This document shows, piece by piece, positions 15,874-25,972 of a stretch of DNA of 44,739 nt. This DNA comes from a virus (taxonomy: Duplodnaviria > Caudoviricetes): positions 1-44,739 of IMG/VR virus record IMGVR_UViG_3300028586_000034; one strand, given 5' to 3'. Each line of letters begins with the position of its first letter. Position 1 is the first letter of the stretch. The notes below the pieces were generated by a model. That model ran no database searches and was not told the DNA's origin. It saw only the letters and a list, made by a program, of their open reading frames with translations. A program made the translations under genes and the position numbers.

Positions 15874-18519
15874 TTAGCCGCACAGATAAATGCACGGCAC
15901 GAGTTGAACTTCGTCAGGGCGCGAGAACACCACGTTGCCCCGGACCTTAGCCACGGTGTACGTGTGCATGAGGTCGTCGGGCTGCTTCATACCCTTACCG
16001 GGCATGTCGCTCGTGCAGATGAAGTCGCCGTTCTTGAGGTTGCCACCCTGCCCGCAAACCGCCAGCATGCCCTCACCTACCGCATTCATAGCGGCGCGCT
16101 GGTACTTGTGGCGGTTCAGGGTCCAGGCGTACGTTGGCTTGTCGGTGTGGCCACCGTCGCCCATGAGGGCGCTAGGGACCGAATCTGCCAGCGAGCCTTG
16201 GGTCATGGCGAACACGCCGATAGCAGGCTGCATGGCAACGGTGCTTGCGGCGACCTCGAAGATCGTGTTGCTGAGGTGGTCGGCGTTCACGCACTTAACG
16301 TCCACGAGAATGTCGCCAGGGATCAGCGTCGTCCCATTCGGCAGCAGGCAATCGTGAGCGCCAGTGAAGGGGCCGTAGTTGGTCCCCGCACCCTCTGCGT
16401 AGAAGTCATACCCAGCAGCCACACCCACGAGACCCGCAGCGTAAGTGCTGGTCCCGGCGATCTTAGCACGGGCACGCATGCCGTGGGACCCGTTACCGCC
16501 CGAGGTGTTGTTCGCGTAGATCGCCTCTGGGGCCGCGCTGCTGATGCTCGATACCTGAGCGAGGAGCGGCGTAACCGCCAGGCCAGCACTATCGAACGTG
16601 CCCGTGCGGGACCCGAAGGTTAGGGCGTACGTGCTAAAGGTGTTGCCGCCCTGGTCGAAGATACGGAACTGCCCGTTGCCGACGTTCATGGTGATCCCGG
16701 ACAGTACCCCGCCCGTTACCTTGTTCGCGGACAGCGTACCTGTAACTAGCAGATTACCGTCAATGTACGCGGTCAGCGGTGTCCAGCTACCGTTGTCGTA
16801 GAACCGGGTCTGGGTGAACGAGCCGTCAGTCAGGGTTACAACGTCCCGGTTGATAGGAGCGCCGTACCCCGCAGCCGAGATAGCTGCGTTCGCGGCGGAC
16901 GTGGACCACGCACTAGCGCTGCCCACCACGGTGACAGTCCCGCGAGAGCCGTTTGCTCCCGGATTGCCAGGGTTGCCATTCGTGCCGTTCTTAGCCAAGA
17001 TGCCGGGGGTAGCCCACTCGCTCGACGCGATAGTGTCACTGCCACTGACGCTTGACGCGGTGGCAGTGGTAACCCAGAGGTTGTCACCGCCCGTACTCGG
17101 GATCGCTGCGGACCAGTTGTTTGTCAGCCCGCTGATCTGGGCGCTGCGGAAGTCGTAGCTTACCGGGTTCACTGGAACCGCTGGTATGTCCGAGGTGCTG
17201 GTGCGCCGGTACACGTACAGGGTGGCGACCGAGAGGCCGTCCACGCCAGCACTGCCCAGCAGCTCAGGACTCGCCCACTCGGACGCGTCAATGGTGTCAG
17301 TGATGTCTGAGTTAGACGCCGACGCCGCCACTACCCACAGCGGCCCTGTACCTGCCGGGACGATCTTCGACCAGCCGTTAGCCAGGGCGTCGGTGCTCGG
17401 GGTGGTGATGCGGGCCGAGGGGAAGTGGTAGGTGACTGGGCCGGGGTTATCGGTGGGCCGGTCTGCTACACGCTTATACGCATAGAGCACAGCATTACTC
17501 AGCCCGTTAGCGCCACCGTTCTGACCGTCCAGGCCGTCCTGGGCTAGGAGCTGACCGTCAGCCCACTCCTCCGACATGATAGTGTCGGTAATACCAGAGG
17601 CCGACGCGGTAGCCGTCTTGACCCACAGGAACTTGCCGCCGTAGGCTGGCGGGACGGCAGACGTCCATCCATTGTTCAGGCCGGTAACGACCCCGGAGGC
17701 GAAGTTGTATTGGCAGGTATTGGAAGGACTTGCTGGGCTAACCTCGGTAGGGGTACGCGAGTAGATGAACACCGTTGCAGCGTTCAGCCCATTCAGCCCA
17801 TCGCGGGCCAGGACCACTGGGGTCGTCCACTCTTCCCCGGTGGCGGTGTCCACGAGACCACGGCCAGCGGCAGAACAGAGCGTGACCCACAGGGGATCAG
17901 TCCCGGCGGGGATAGTCTTGAGCCAGCCACCGGCCAGCTCATTGCCTGCTGGTACTGTGATCTTCGCAGTGGAGAAGGCGTAGGTGACTGGGCCAGGGCT
18001 GGTGCTGGGCAGCACCGGGCTACGCTGGTAGGCCAGAACCATAGCGGTACTGAACCCATCCGAACCGGAGCCACCCCCACCGCCTGTGCTGCCCTCGTGG
18101 ACGTGATCCGCGCGGGCGTAGAACTCGGAGGTGCCGGGGCTGGCGAATGGCCCCACAGGCAGCGGCAGGTTGTCGCTGGGGCGGACCAAGCCTGCCTTGA
18201 ACTCCTGGGCCGCATGCAGAATTTGCGTGAAGCTCTCGTCCAGTGTGCCTGCACGGAACTGCGCACCTTGGCTGTACTGGTGTACCAGCTCGTCCAGATT
18301 GGTGGTGCGGGTCACGGTGACAACCACCCCATCGCGTACGGCGGGGTGGAACTTGATGTTGCTGCGGGAGGTGCCCACCCACGACCACAAGCCGGTGGTC
18401 GATGGGACAGGAACGCCCTCCATAAGCACCGAGACCGTGTTGCGGTCCAACACCTCGAAGGTGATGAGCAGCTCGGCCAGGGTGCCGTCCGATACGACGG
18501 ACTGGGCGTTATACGTCAT
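15874..18519 (-). CDS. Tail fibre (gp17-like N-terminal anchor, four internal repeats, C-terminal chaperone-like domain)
   Basis: Follows the internal virion proteins; YARADHVH; four ~85-aa repeats; C-terminal FTGAH...VGEG...NGDFICTS..PG.GMKQ.DD..YTVAK. Confidence 0.85.
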   Translation of the reverse strand: MTYNAQSVVSDGTLAELLITFEVLDRNTVSVLMEGVPVPSTTGLWSWVGTSRSNIKFHPAVRDGVVVTVTRTTNLDELVHQYSQGAQFRAGTLDESFTQILHAAQEFKAGLVRPSDNLPLPVGPFASPGTSEFYARADHVHEGSTGGGGGSGSDGFSTAMVLAYQRSPVLPSTSPGPVTYAFSTAKITVPAGNELAGGWLKTIPAGTDPLWVTLCSAAGRGLVDTATGEEWTTPVVLARDGLNGLNAATVFIYSRTPTEVSPASPSNTCQYNFASGVVTGLNNGWTSAVPPAYGGKFLWVKTATASASGITDTIMSEEWADGQLLAQDGLDGQNGGANGLSNAVLYAYKRVADRPTDNPGPVTYHFPSARITTPSTDALANGWSKIVPAGTGPLWVVAASASNSDITDTIDASEWASPELLGSAGVDGLSVATLYVYRRTSTSDIPAVPVNPVSYDFRSAQISGLTNNWSAAIPSTGGDNLWVTTATASSVSGSDTIASSEWATPGILAKNGTNGNPGNPGANGSRGTVTVVGSASAWSTSAANAAISAAGYGAPINRDVVTLTDGSFTQTRFYDNGSWTPLTAYIDGNLLVTGTLSANKVTGGVLSGITMNVGNGQFRIFDQGGNTFSTYALTFGSRTGTFDSAGLAVTPLLAQVSSISSAAPEAIYANNTSGGNGSHGMRARAKIAGTSTYAAGLVGVAAGYDFYAEGAGTNYGPFTGAHDCLLPNGTTLIPGDILVDVKCVNADHLSNTIFEVAASTVAMQPAIGVFAMTQGSLADSVPSALMGDGGHTDKPTYAWTLNRHKYQRAAMNAVGEGMLAVCGQGGNLKNGDFICTSDMPGKGMKQPDDLMHTYTVAKVRGNVVFSRPDEVQLVPCIYLCG

Positions 18520-18522
18520 TGG

Positions 18523-21500
18523 TTATTCCTTGTTGTCTTTCAGTGCCTCACCCAAAGCGCGGGCTGGCAGGATTGCCGACAGGATCGGGGTAGCGTTCAC
18601 CATAGCGGCGGCGGTGTTGCCTGGGTTGCCCTCATGGATGCTGCCGAGCGCCTTGTACAGGCGGTCAACGGCGATGAGGCCCGGAGCACCGAACTGCTGC
18701 TTAGTGCCAGCCATTACGCCGAACATCTCCGAGAACAGGCCAAGAGCACCGAGTTGGCTGAACGCCTTCTTAGTGGTCTCCTCCAAGGACTCTTGCTTCT
18801 TACCGGCAAGTCCAGAGTTCGCTGCCGTCGCAAGGACGGTGAGCGGCATCTGGTAAGCCAGCAGGAGGCCGAGGCCAGCGTAGCCGGAGTTGTTCAGGGT
18901 ATTAGCCAGCACCTTGTTGTGCGCCGCGAGCACGAAGCTGCGGAACGTGAACAGGAACTTGCCAACTTGACTGGTGTGTGCGAACTTCGGCATCTCACCG
19001 AGGCGAGCGCGAAGGACTGCATCATCCATCATCTTGGTCAGCGGTCCCCGGACCTCCTGCCACGTAGCGTGGGACCACTTGGAAGTGTCCATGCCGTGCG
19101 TGCGAATGTCCGGTGATACCTTCACCATACTATGGGACTCTAAACCGTACTCTGCCAAAGTTTTAAGCGCCGAGGACTCCCCGCCTGCTGCACGATTAAG
19201 CACGTCGATAATCAGGTTTGCCGTGGTGCGGGCCTGATGATGCTGCACGTATTTCATCGCGTTCGCATACGGTACGAGTTGCTTCGCCTGCATCAGTGAG
19301 AGCTGTACGGAGTCGGAGGCCGGCACATCGAACCCATCCTCCATGCGGGTGATGAACGGGCGCAGGCGCGTGTCCTGGGCCGAGTTCCTTGTGAGCACTG
19401 AGTGCAGGCTCGCGCTGTCCTGCGGGCTGAGCTTGCGCAGGAATGGCATCTCCTTGAGCATGCTCGACATCACGCGGCCAGCGCCGAAGCGGGCCATGAT
19501 CGTGGCGTACTCGGTGAGCTGCCACATACCCGACGAGGCCAAGCCGACCATCTGCGTGACTGCCTGCACGTTCCGCATGCCGCTCAGCATGTCCTCACCG
19601 ACCGGGTGGCCATGCAGGACATTCATCGCGTCGTCAAAGCCCTGGACAGCCTCGCCTCGGGCCTTGAGGTCCGGGATCGACTGCGCCAGCTCCTTGCGCA
19701 TGTTTGCAACGGCGGTAGGCGATTCGATACCCTTCTTCGCCAGCGCCGAACGGGCCGAGGCCGTGTCGAGGTAGCGCTCGGTCAGCAGAGACACGTTGGT
19801 GTCCAGCATGTCCATGATCGAGGCCGAGCTACCGTCTGGCAGCAGCATAGCCTCGTCCATGTGCATGTCCACGCGGGACTTGAGCGTTGGGGTCTTCCCT
19901 GCATCGTCTGCCTTACCGGCCAGGATTTCCATGACGCGCTCCAGGCGTTGCCCGCCCAGACCCTCAGCCGACAGCATCGAGCGCAGCACGTTCGCGCTGT
20001 CCTCACCCAGGTTCGCATGGAACTCGGCGTCCTGGAATTGACCCTTGCGCTTGGTGCGGTCGTAGATGGCCCCGGCGATGTCCTGGGCTACCTGGGCGTC
20101 CCAGCCGTTAGCGCGCTGGATGCCGATGCTGATGGTGTCCACGAAGCGCATACGCAGCGCAGCCGGGTCCATGGGGCCAGCGGCCAGGAGCTTGGCCTCG
20201 ATGGCCTCGATCTTGGCGATGTCCCACCGGCGATTGATGTAGCCCGCCAGCTCGTCCACCTCGTCCGCACCCGCCACGCCTGCTGCCTTCATCTCTTGCA
20301 AGGCGCGGCGGGCCAGGGCGTCAAGTGAGTCAGCCATTGCGGCCACCTCTGGGGACACGCCAACGCTCGACAGCGATACACCGTCACGGGCTGCGCGGTT
20401 ACGGCGCAGCAGCTCACGATACACGTCGGTCTCGATGGCCTGCTGGGCGCGCACTGCCTCGCGGGTGTTCGTGATGCGCTTGAGCACGCCGAAGCCTCGG
20501 CTGGACATTGCATCCAGCAGCAGCCCCTCGTACTTGTACTGGAAGGAGGCGAGGTCAGCACGGATCGCGCGCTGCATGCTCGCTGCGGAGTTCCCGGTCA
20601 TGTTCACTGGGTTGTCCATCAGCAGGTCTGCAATCTCGGCGGACTTCGGGCTGTACCCGCGCATGGTCTTGTGCCACGACCACTCGATAGCCTGGGCCAC
20701 ACCTTTAGCCGACAGGGCTTGCTTGGTCGCTTGGGCCTTGGTGACTGAGGCGCTGCCTCGGGAGTACCGGGCTGCGATGTCCACGGTCGAGTCGCTGAAC
20801 AGCACGTAGTTACTCGACTTCACAGCAGCGTGCCGGGTACGGCCAGTGGCGTAGCGGTTGCCTGCAACGCCAGCAGCGTGCAGCGCCTCGGAGGCTTGCT
20901 TAGCCCCGCCCAGCGACTTCGCCAGGAACTCGTACGCCGACTTGCCGGTGACGCCCTCGCGGACACCCAGGCTCGCCAGAGCAGCGGCGACGGTGGGGGA
21001 CTGCACCCGTGCGTCAAGGTCGAGGAACTGATCTTCGGTTGCCTTGATCTTGACGCGGTACAGCCCACCGTCGTCAGCAGCCTTGCCCCGGCGCACGGCT
21101 TCCTTGTTGCGGTAGTCCAGTGCGGTGCCCTTCTCCGAGGTCAGGTAGTGCCCCCAGCCGAATGCCTGTTGGCCCTCACCCGTACCAGCGAAGCGGGTTT
21201 GCAGTGAGTCGATCCCCTTGACTGGGGAACCATGCCAAGCCATCGGGAAGGTGGCGTCAAAGCTAACCTTCTCGGCCTTAGCTCCACCCTTAGCAGCCTT
21301 GCGGACGAGGGCAACAATCTCACCCTCGCTCAGCTTCAAGCCACCGAGGCCGACCTTGCGCAGTGCGGCGCGAACGCCATTGGTAAAGCGCTGCACAATG
21401 CCGTCACCGAACACGGCGTGGTTACGCTCGACGTAGTAGCCCAGCGCCTCCTCGCGTACCAAGTGCTGCGGGGTGTTGCTTGGCACTTCCTCGAACGCAC

Positions 21501-22734
21501 GCTTAGCGCGCTGGTTCCCGGACACTGCCAAGTCCTCCAGGCGGTCCAGCATCTCGCCCATCGTCTTGGTGCCGAGTACGCGCTCTGCGTTCATGTGGAC
21601 ACCGTACTCGTGCAGCAGGATGCCCTTCACGTCGTCACCGGCTTTGATGTTGCTGCCTACGAGGTACACCCGGTCATCACTTGGCAGGTACACAGCCTTC
21701 GCGTCTGGTTCGATGCTGACGTGACCACGGGCCACCGCCTCCGAGTGCGCAGCGATGTCGTCCACTGAGTTCACCATGACAGCACGGCCATCGCTGGTCA
21801 GTGCGGCCTGGGTCTCGCGGTTAATCGCCCAGTTCGGGTTGTACTCCGGCGCGCTAGTGCCGTCGCGGTACGTGAGCGGCGTGCGGCCCTCGCCGGTCGC
21901 AGGCACGCGGGCTGTGGTCAGGTTGCTGGGCATCTCAGCCAGGGACGGGTCGGGCATAGCCTGCACCTCGCCTGCAACCTGGGGACGCTCAGCACGGCGT
22001 GCCACGTCGCCCAGCTCTTGGGCAGGGAAGCCCTCGTCTGAACGAACCACGCGCCCATTGCGGAACGTCATGGCGCTGGCAGCACCCATAGCCATAGCGT
22101 TGATTGCGATCTGCTCTGGGGTAGTCGGGGTAAGGGTGCTCTCGTACACACCAGAGCCGACCGTGAGGCCAGCGGAGATACCGCCAGCGCCCAGCTTGCC
22201 CAGGCGCAGCACACGGGCCGCACCCATACTTGCCATGTCGATGGCGAGGTACGTCGGGTCCAGTGCGCCGGTCAGGAACGATGCCACCGGGCTGTCACCC
22301 ATCGCGGTGTACGCGGTGTTGCGGTCGCGGATCACCTGGGTGCGGTGCTCTGCATCCTCGGCGCTCTTGGCCTTCATGATGAACTGCTCGTCAGGCACGG
22401 TCAGGGTAAAGTCCACGCTGCGGCGCACGAAGTCAGCCGGGTTGAACGTGGCGTCAGCAGCGAACGTGGGTGCGTGGAACTCCCGGTACATCTGGGCTGG
22501 GAGCCACTGCGACATGGAAGCGCCCACCGATTCAAAGGCGGTTGCTTCCTGACGCTGGGCTTCACGGCGGGCTGCTTCGCCCTCGGCCAGCAGCGTCGAT
22601 CCGGCCACCACCGCACTGGCGGGAACGGCTGCGGGCGCGGCGTACAGCGGGCTGTCGGCGTTCGCAGTATTGTCCCTTGCGGTCAGGGGTTGCGCCCCGT
22701 AGATAGTCGGGTCGATGCGCTGGTAATCACTCAT
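18523..22734 (-). CDS. Internal virion (ejection) protein C with inserted metallopeptidase-like and ART-like domains
   Basis: 1403 aa; synteny; C-terminal GKFLFTFRSFVLAAHNK region; internal HEYGVH..EEA and WHGSP..GTGEG.QAFGWGHY..NYVLF motifs. Confidence 0.85.
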   Translation of the reverse strand: MSDYQRIDPTIYGAQPLTARDNTANADSPLYAAPAAVPASAVVAGSTLLAEGEAARREAQRQEATAFESVGASMSQWLPAQMYREFHAPTFAADATFNPADFVRRSVDFTLTVPDEQFIMKAKSAEDAEHRTQVIRDRNTAYTAMGDSPVASFLTGALDPTYLAIDMASMGAARVLRLGKLGAGGISAGLTVGSGVYESTLTPTTPEQIAINAMAMGAASAMTFRNGRVVRSDEGFPAQELGDVARRAERPQVAGEVQAMPDPSLAEMPSNLTTARVPATGEGRTPLTYRDGTSAPEYNPNWAINRETQAALTSDGRAVMVNSVDDIAAHSEAVARGHVSIEPDAKAVYLPSDDRVYLVGSNIKAGDDVKGILLHEYGVHMNAERVLGTKTMGEMLDRLEDLAVSGNQRAKRAFEEVPSNTPQHLVREEALGYYVERNHAVFGDGIVQRFTNGVRAALRKVGLGGLKLSEGEIVALVRKAAKGGAKAEKVSFDATFPMAWHGSPVKGIDSLQTRFAGTGEGQQAFGWGHYLTSEKGTALDYRNKEAVRRGKAADDGGLYRVKIKATEDQFLDLDARVQSPTVAAALASLGVREGVTGKSAYEFLAKSLGGAKQASEALHAAGVAGNRYATGRTRHAAVKSSNYVLFSDSTVDIAARYSRGSASVTKAQATKQALSAKGVAQAIEWSWHKTMRGYSPKSAEIADLLMDNPVNMTGNSAASMQRAIRADLASFQYKYEGLLLDAMSSRGFGVLKRITNTREAVRAQQAIETDVYRELLRRNRAARDGVSLSSVGVSPEVAAMADSLDALARRALQEMKAAGVAGADEVDELAGYINRRWDIAKIEAIEAKLLAAGPMDPAALRMRFVDTISIGIQRANGWDAQVAQDIAGAIYDRTKRKGQFQDAEFHANLGEDSANVLRSMLSAEGLGGQRLERVMEILAGKADDAGKTPTLKSRVDMHMDEAMLLPDGSSASIMDMLDTNVSLLTERYLDTASARSALAKKGIESPTAVANMRKELAQSIPDLKARGEAVQGFDDAMNVLHGHPVGEDMLSGMRNVQAVTQMVGLASSGMWQLTEYATIMARFGAGRVMSSMLKEMPFLRKLSPQDSASLHSVLTRNSAQDTRLRPFITRMEDGFDVPASDSVQLSLMQAKQLVPYANAMKYVQHHQARTTANLIIDVLNRAAGGESSALKTLAEYGLESHSMVKVSPDIRTHGMDTSKWSHATWQEVRGPLTKMMDDAVLRARLGEMPKFAHTSQVGKFLFTFRSFVLAAHNKVLANTLNNSGYAGLGLLLAYQMPLTVLATAANSGLAGKKQESLEETTKKAFSQLGALGLFSEMFGVMAGTKQQFGAPGLIAVDRLYKALGSIHEGNPGNTAAAMVNATPILSAILPARALGEALKDNKE
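19125..19144 (-). promoter_or_regulatory. Putative phage RNAP promoter, class 1, inside a CDS
   Basis: TTTAGAGTCCCATAGTATGG, one mismatch in 20 to 33047-33066; ~600 nt upstream of the tail fibre. Confidence 0.7.
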
Positions 22735-25340
22735 TAGTAGCCTCTCATAATTTGTTGGATCATACTGTCGTACAGCGCCTGACGCTCAGGCTTAGACGAC
22801 TTGTACAACGTGGTGCCACGCATGGCGGTTTGTGCTGCTGCTTCGTCAGTGCCGGACAGGGCCACCAGCAGCGGGCGGTAGTCCTTGCGGTCCTTCACCT
22901 TCATGTCGGTACTGATAGCCATCTCAGCGAACAGATTAAGTGCTGGCTGCGACGGCTTGCGGGTCTGGCGTACCAGCTCCTTCGCCACCTTACCGGCCTC
23001 GTTCGTCACGAGCTTGATGGCGTGGTTGCCCTTGGCCTCGTCCTCGAACTTGAACGAGAAGTGCGGGCTGTCCAGGGTGAACTTGCGCATCTCCAGCATC
23101 GAGCGGTTGCCCAGGCCCACGGTGTTGTCGCCGTTGAACTTGTACCCGTTGTACTGGATGCCTGGGCCGGACTCCTCCTTGTAGCGCCCGATTTCCTTCT
23201 CCTGCTGGTGCGCCACCATGGGGGCCACCATGCGAGGGTCGAGGATACCGTCGCGCACCGGGGCGCCTTCCTTGCTCAGCTCCTTGAACGTGAACTTGCC
23301 GGAGCCGTCCACACGGAACACGAGGCGGTTGCCATCGGCTGGCTTGACGTACTCGTTCAGCGCCGCGCCTACACGTTCCTTGCCAGTGCTGGCCGGTACG
23401 CCGAAGAACTGCTGCACCGAAGTACCGCGTGGCAGGATGAATGGGCCGTGCTCGGTCTCCACGGTGCGGGCTGCAAGGCGGGCCAGGGCTGAGGTCTTGC
23501 GAGCCTCGACGCCCATGAACGGGTTCGATGCGCTACCTGCGCGCAGCTCCTCCAGCATGGCGAACTTCGCAGCAGCGCCAGCCTCGGCAACCCGCTCCTC
23601 GTTCTCGAACCAGCTAGAGCGCGGGGTGACAGCGAGTTGATTCGCTGCATCCGAGCTGACCAGGGACTTAGCCTTGAGCCACAGGGTATCCGCGAAGCTG
23701 CGGGGTTCCATGCTGTTCACGATGTCGGCGTTGTCCTTGGCGTGGGCAGCACCCATAGCGGCACGCTCCTGCGGGGTCATCTTGTCCTCCTCGGCAATGC
23801 GGGCCTGGGCCTGCGAGATTGCCATCGTTGGGGAGAGACCCTGCCGCACACCCTCACGGATGTACGACATCTTGGCTTGCAGCTCGGGTGGGTACGTCTG
23901 CATGATCGTGCTGAACAGGCCGCTACGCCCATCACGCTCTGCCTTATCCAGGGTCAGGATCGTAGCACCGAGTGCCTGCGCGCTGCCGGGGTCCATGTCG
24001 TCACCCAGGCCGATCTGGGCCAGAGCTGGGCCTATCACAGTACCCAGTTGCTTGAGTGCTGCTGGGCGACCCTTGTACACGCCGATGTTGATGAGCGCCG
24101 AGGTCAGCTCCGCTGGCTTGAGCTTGCGGCCCATCGTAGCCATCCAGGCATCTTGGCCCTCCTCGTCGGTCTTGTTCAGGCTCAGCATCTTGGTGAGGTC
24201 GCCAGCTTCCCAGGCCGTAGCCAAGTCCGTGTTCCCCACCTTCTTGAGCATCGCCTTGTAGTACGTCTCCTGGAAGGACTTCTGCTCGCCAGACTTCATG
24301 AAGCCGCGCTCGATGCCTTGGGATGCAAAGTCGAGCATGGCCTGTTCTTGCATCGGTGGGGTATCCGGGTTGTCCCAGTCGGCCTCCATGCGGGCCTGCT
24401 CCGACGTGTAGTTCTGGGCGCGGATTGCCTCGGTGCGGTTCAAGCTCTCACGGTACGCCTTGCCAATCGACACCTGATCGTCCCAGGTCAGCATGCTCGC
24501 CAACGGCCCTTTGGTGCCGTCTGGCAGGGCGACTGCCTCGTTCTGGAACAGCTCGTACAGCGGTAGGTGGTCCGACTGCAAAGCGAACTGCATGGCCTCA
24601 CCGACGATGCGCTCTTTCACCTTGAGTGGTAGCTTCTCGTTCAGGACCACGTTACCGTACAGCGCCGCAAGGGTCTTTTCGGTCTGGGCCTTGTATGATG
24701 GACCGTCAGACTTCGCCTCGCTAAGGGCGCGCACGTTCACGCCGATGATACCCTTTACCGAGCGGTCCTCGGTCTCCACGATGAACTTGGCGTGCTCTCC
24801 AGCGTGGCGTTTGATAGCGGCCCGCTCGTTCATCAGGATGTTCTGTGTAGCCGAGGCGCGCTGGGTCAGGGACATGCCCTCCAGCGCTGGCAGCAGCTCC
24901 GAGCGGCGCTCGGCCAGATACTCGTTGTACTTCTCTGGGGACGCCTCGCGCATCTTAGGCATGTCGGTCAGGATGCGGGACTCGACCTCAGCCTGGGTGA
25001 CGCGGCCCATAGTGTCGCGGTAGCCCTGGGTAGCCCACGCGCGCGTGAAGATGTCAGCTTCGAGGTCATCCTCGGAGCGGGCCGTACCAGCCTGGGCCGC
25101 ACCGTTCAGGTACGCCTCGGTAGCAGAGCGCTGGATTGCCTGCCCCGCAAGTTGACTGCCTTGCTCGACCACGCGGGACAGCAGGCGCAGGGCGCTCGTG
25201 TCGGTGCTCTCCACACCAGCCGCTTCCCGGTTCTCCCGGAACTTGTCGCCGCGCACAGCGGCATTGCCCACCGAGCTACCCCGGATGTTCGGGGAGCTTA
25301 CGGATTGTGGGCGGAACTGCTCAGACATACGTTGAACCAT
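22734..25340 (-). CDS. Internal virion protein B
   Basis: 868 aa from MVQRMSEQ behind GAAAGG; synteny; helical. Confidence 0.85.
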   Translation of the reverse strand: MVQRMSEQFRPQSVSSPNIRGSSVGNAAVRGDKFRENREAAGVESTDTSALRLLSRVVEQGSQLAGQAIQRSATEAYLNGAAQAGTARSEDDLEADIFTRAWATQGYRDTMGRVTQAEVESRILTDMPKMREASPEKYNEYLAERRSELLPALEGMSLTQRASATQNILMNERAAIKRHAGEHAKFIVETEDRSVKGIIGVNVRALSEAKSDGPSYKAQTEKTLAALYGNVVLNEKLPLKVKERIVGEAMQFALQSDHLPLYELFQNEAVALPDGTKGPLASMLTWDDQVSIGKAYRESLNRTEAIRAQNYTSEQARMEADWDNPDTPPMQEQAMLDFASQGIERGFMKSGEQKSFQETYYKAMLKKVGNTDLATAWEAGDLTKMLSLNKTDEEGQDAWMATMGRKLKPAELTSALINIGVYKGRPAALKQLGTVIGPALAQIGLGDDMDPGSAQALGATILTLDKAERDGRSGLFSTIMQTYPPELQAKMSYIREGVRQGLSPTMAISQAQARIAEEDKMTPQERAAMGAAHAKDNADIVNSMEPRSFADTLWLKAKSLVSSDAANQLAVTPRSSWFENEERVAEAGAAAKFAMLEELRAGSASNPFMGVEARKTSALARLAARTVETEHGPFILPRGTSVQQFFGVPASTGKERVGAALNEYVKPADGNRLVFRVDGSGKFTFKELSKEGAPVRDGILDPRMVAPMVAHQQEKEIGRYKEESGPGIQYNGYKFNGDNTVGLGNRSMLEMRKFTLDSPHFSFKFEDEAKGNHAIKLVTNEAGKVAKELVRQTRKPSQPALNLFAEMAISTDMKVKDRKDYRPLLVALSGTDEAAAQTAMRGTTLYKSSKPERQALYDSMIQQIMRGY

Positions 25341-25341
25341 A

Positions 25342-25965
25342 CTAGCCTTTCTTGGTGTCCTTGCCGAAGCCAGCGGACATGTAGGTGGAGGCGTACGCAG
25401 ACCCAGCACCGATGAGACCGGCGATTAGGGCGCTACGCCCGCTCGGTTTCTCGGGTACTACGACTTTACGGATGTTGATCTTGGTGGGATCGCGCAGCGC
25501 GTCCTCACCCGCCTTGAGCAAGTCCGTCAGCTCAAGGTGCTCATTCTGGTCCTCGATACGCGCAGCCTCCACCAGGGAGGCGTCGGCGTTCTCGGCCTGC
25601 ATCTGGATGTCGGAGACCACTGCATCAACCGACGCGCCAATGCTACCAGCGGCGGCGGCGTTCGCGTTCTGCGCGGCCAGCGCCCCCATGCGGGAGCGCC
25701 CCAGCCCGATACCCAGCTCAGCCTGCCGCTTCTTCGACTGGCCGCGTTGCATGTTCAGGATGCCTGCGCGGTACGCGGTGCGGATTGAGTTCTGGAGGTT
25801 CGCCTCCGCGATGGCCTTGTTGTCGGCGGAGTTCGCCAGCCATGCGTCCTCGTTGTTCTGCTCTTGTTGTGTTGCTTGATTGATGGCCTGGACGTGCGCC
25901 ATCCCCGAGGACAGCATGCTGCCCAGGGTGTCCATGCCAGCCTTACCGGCCAGTGCTGCCCACAT
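25342..25965 (-). CDS. Internal virion protein A
   Basis: 207 aa; AAAAGSIGASVDAVVSDI; synteny after tail tube B. Confidence 0.85.
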   Translation of the reverse strand: MWAALAGKAGMDTLGSMLSSGMAHVQAINQATQQEQNNEDAWLANSADNKAIAEANLQNSIRTAYRAGILNMQRGQSKKRQAELGIGLGRSRMGALAAQNANAAAAGSIGASVDAVVSDIQMQAENADASLVEAARIEDQNEHLELTDLLKAGEDALRDPTKINIRKVVVPEKPSGRSALIAGLIGAGSAYASTYMSAGFGKDTKKG

Positions 25966-25972
25966 GATTACC

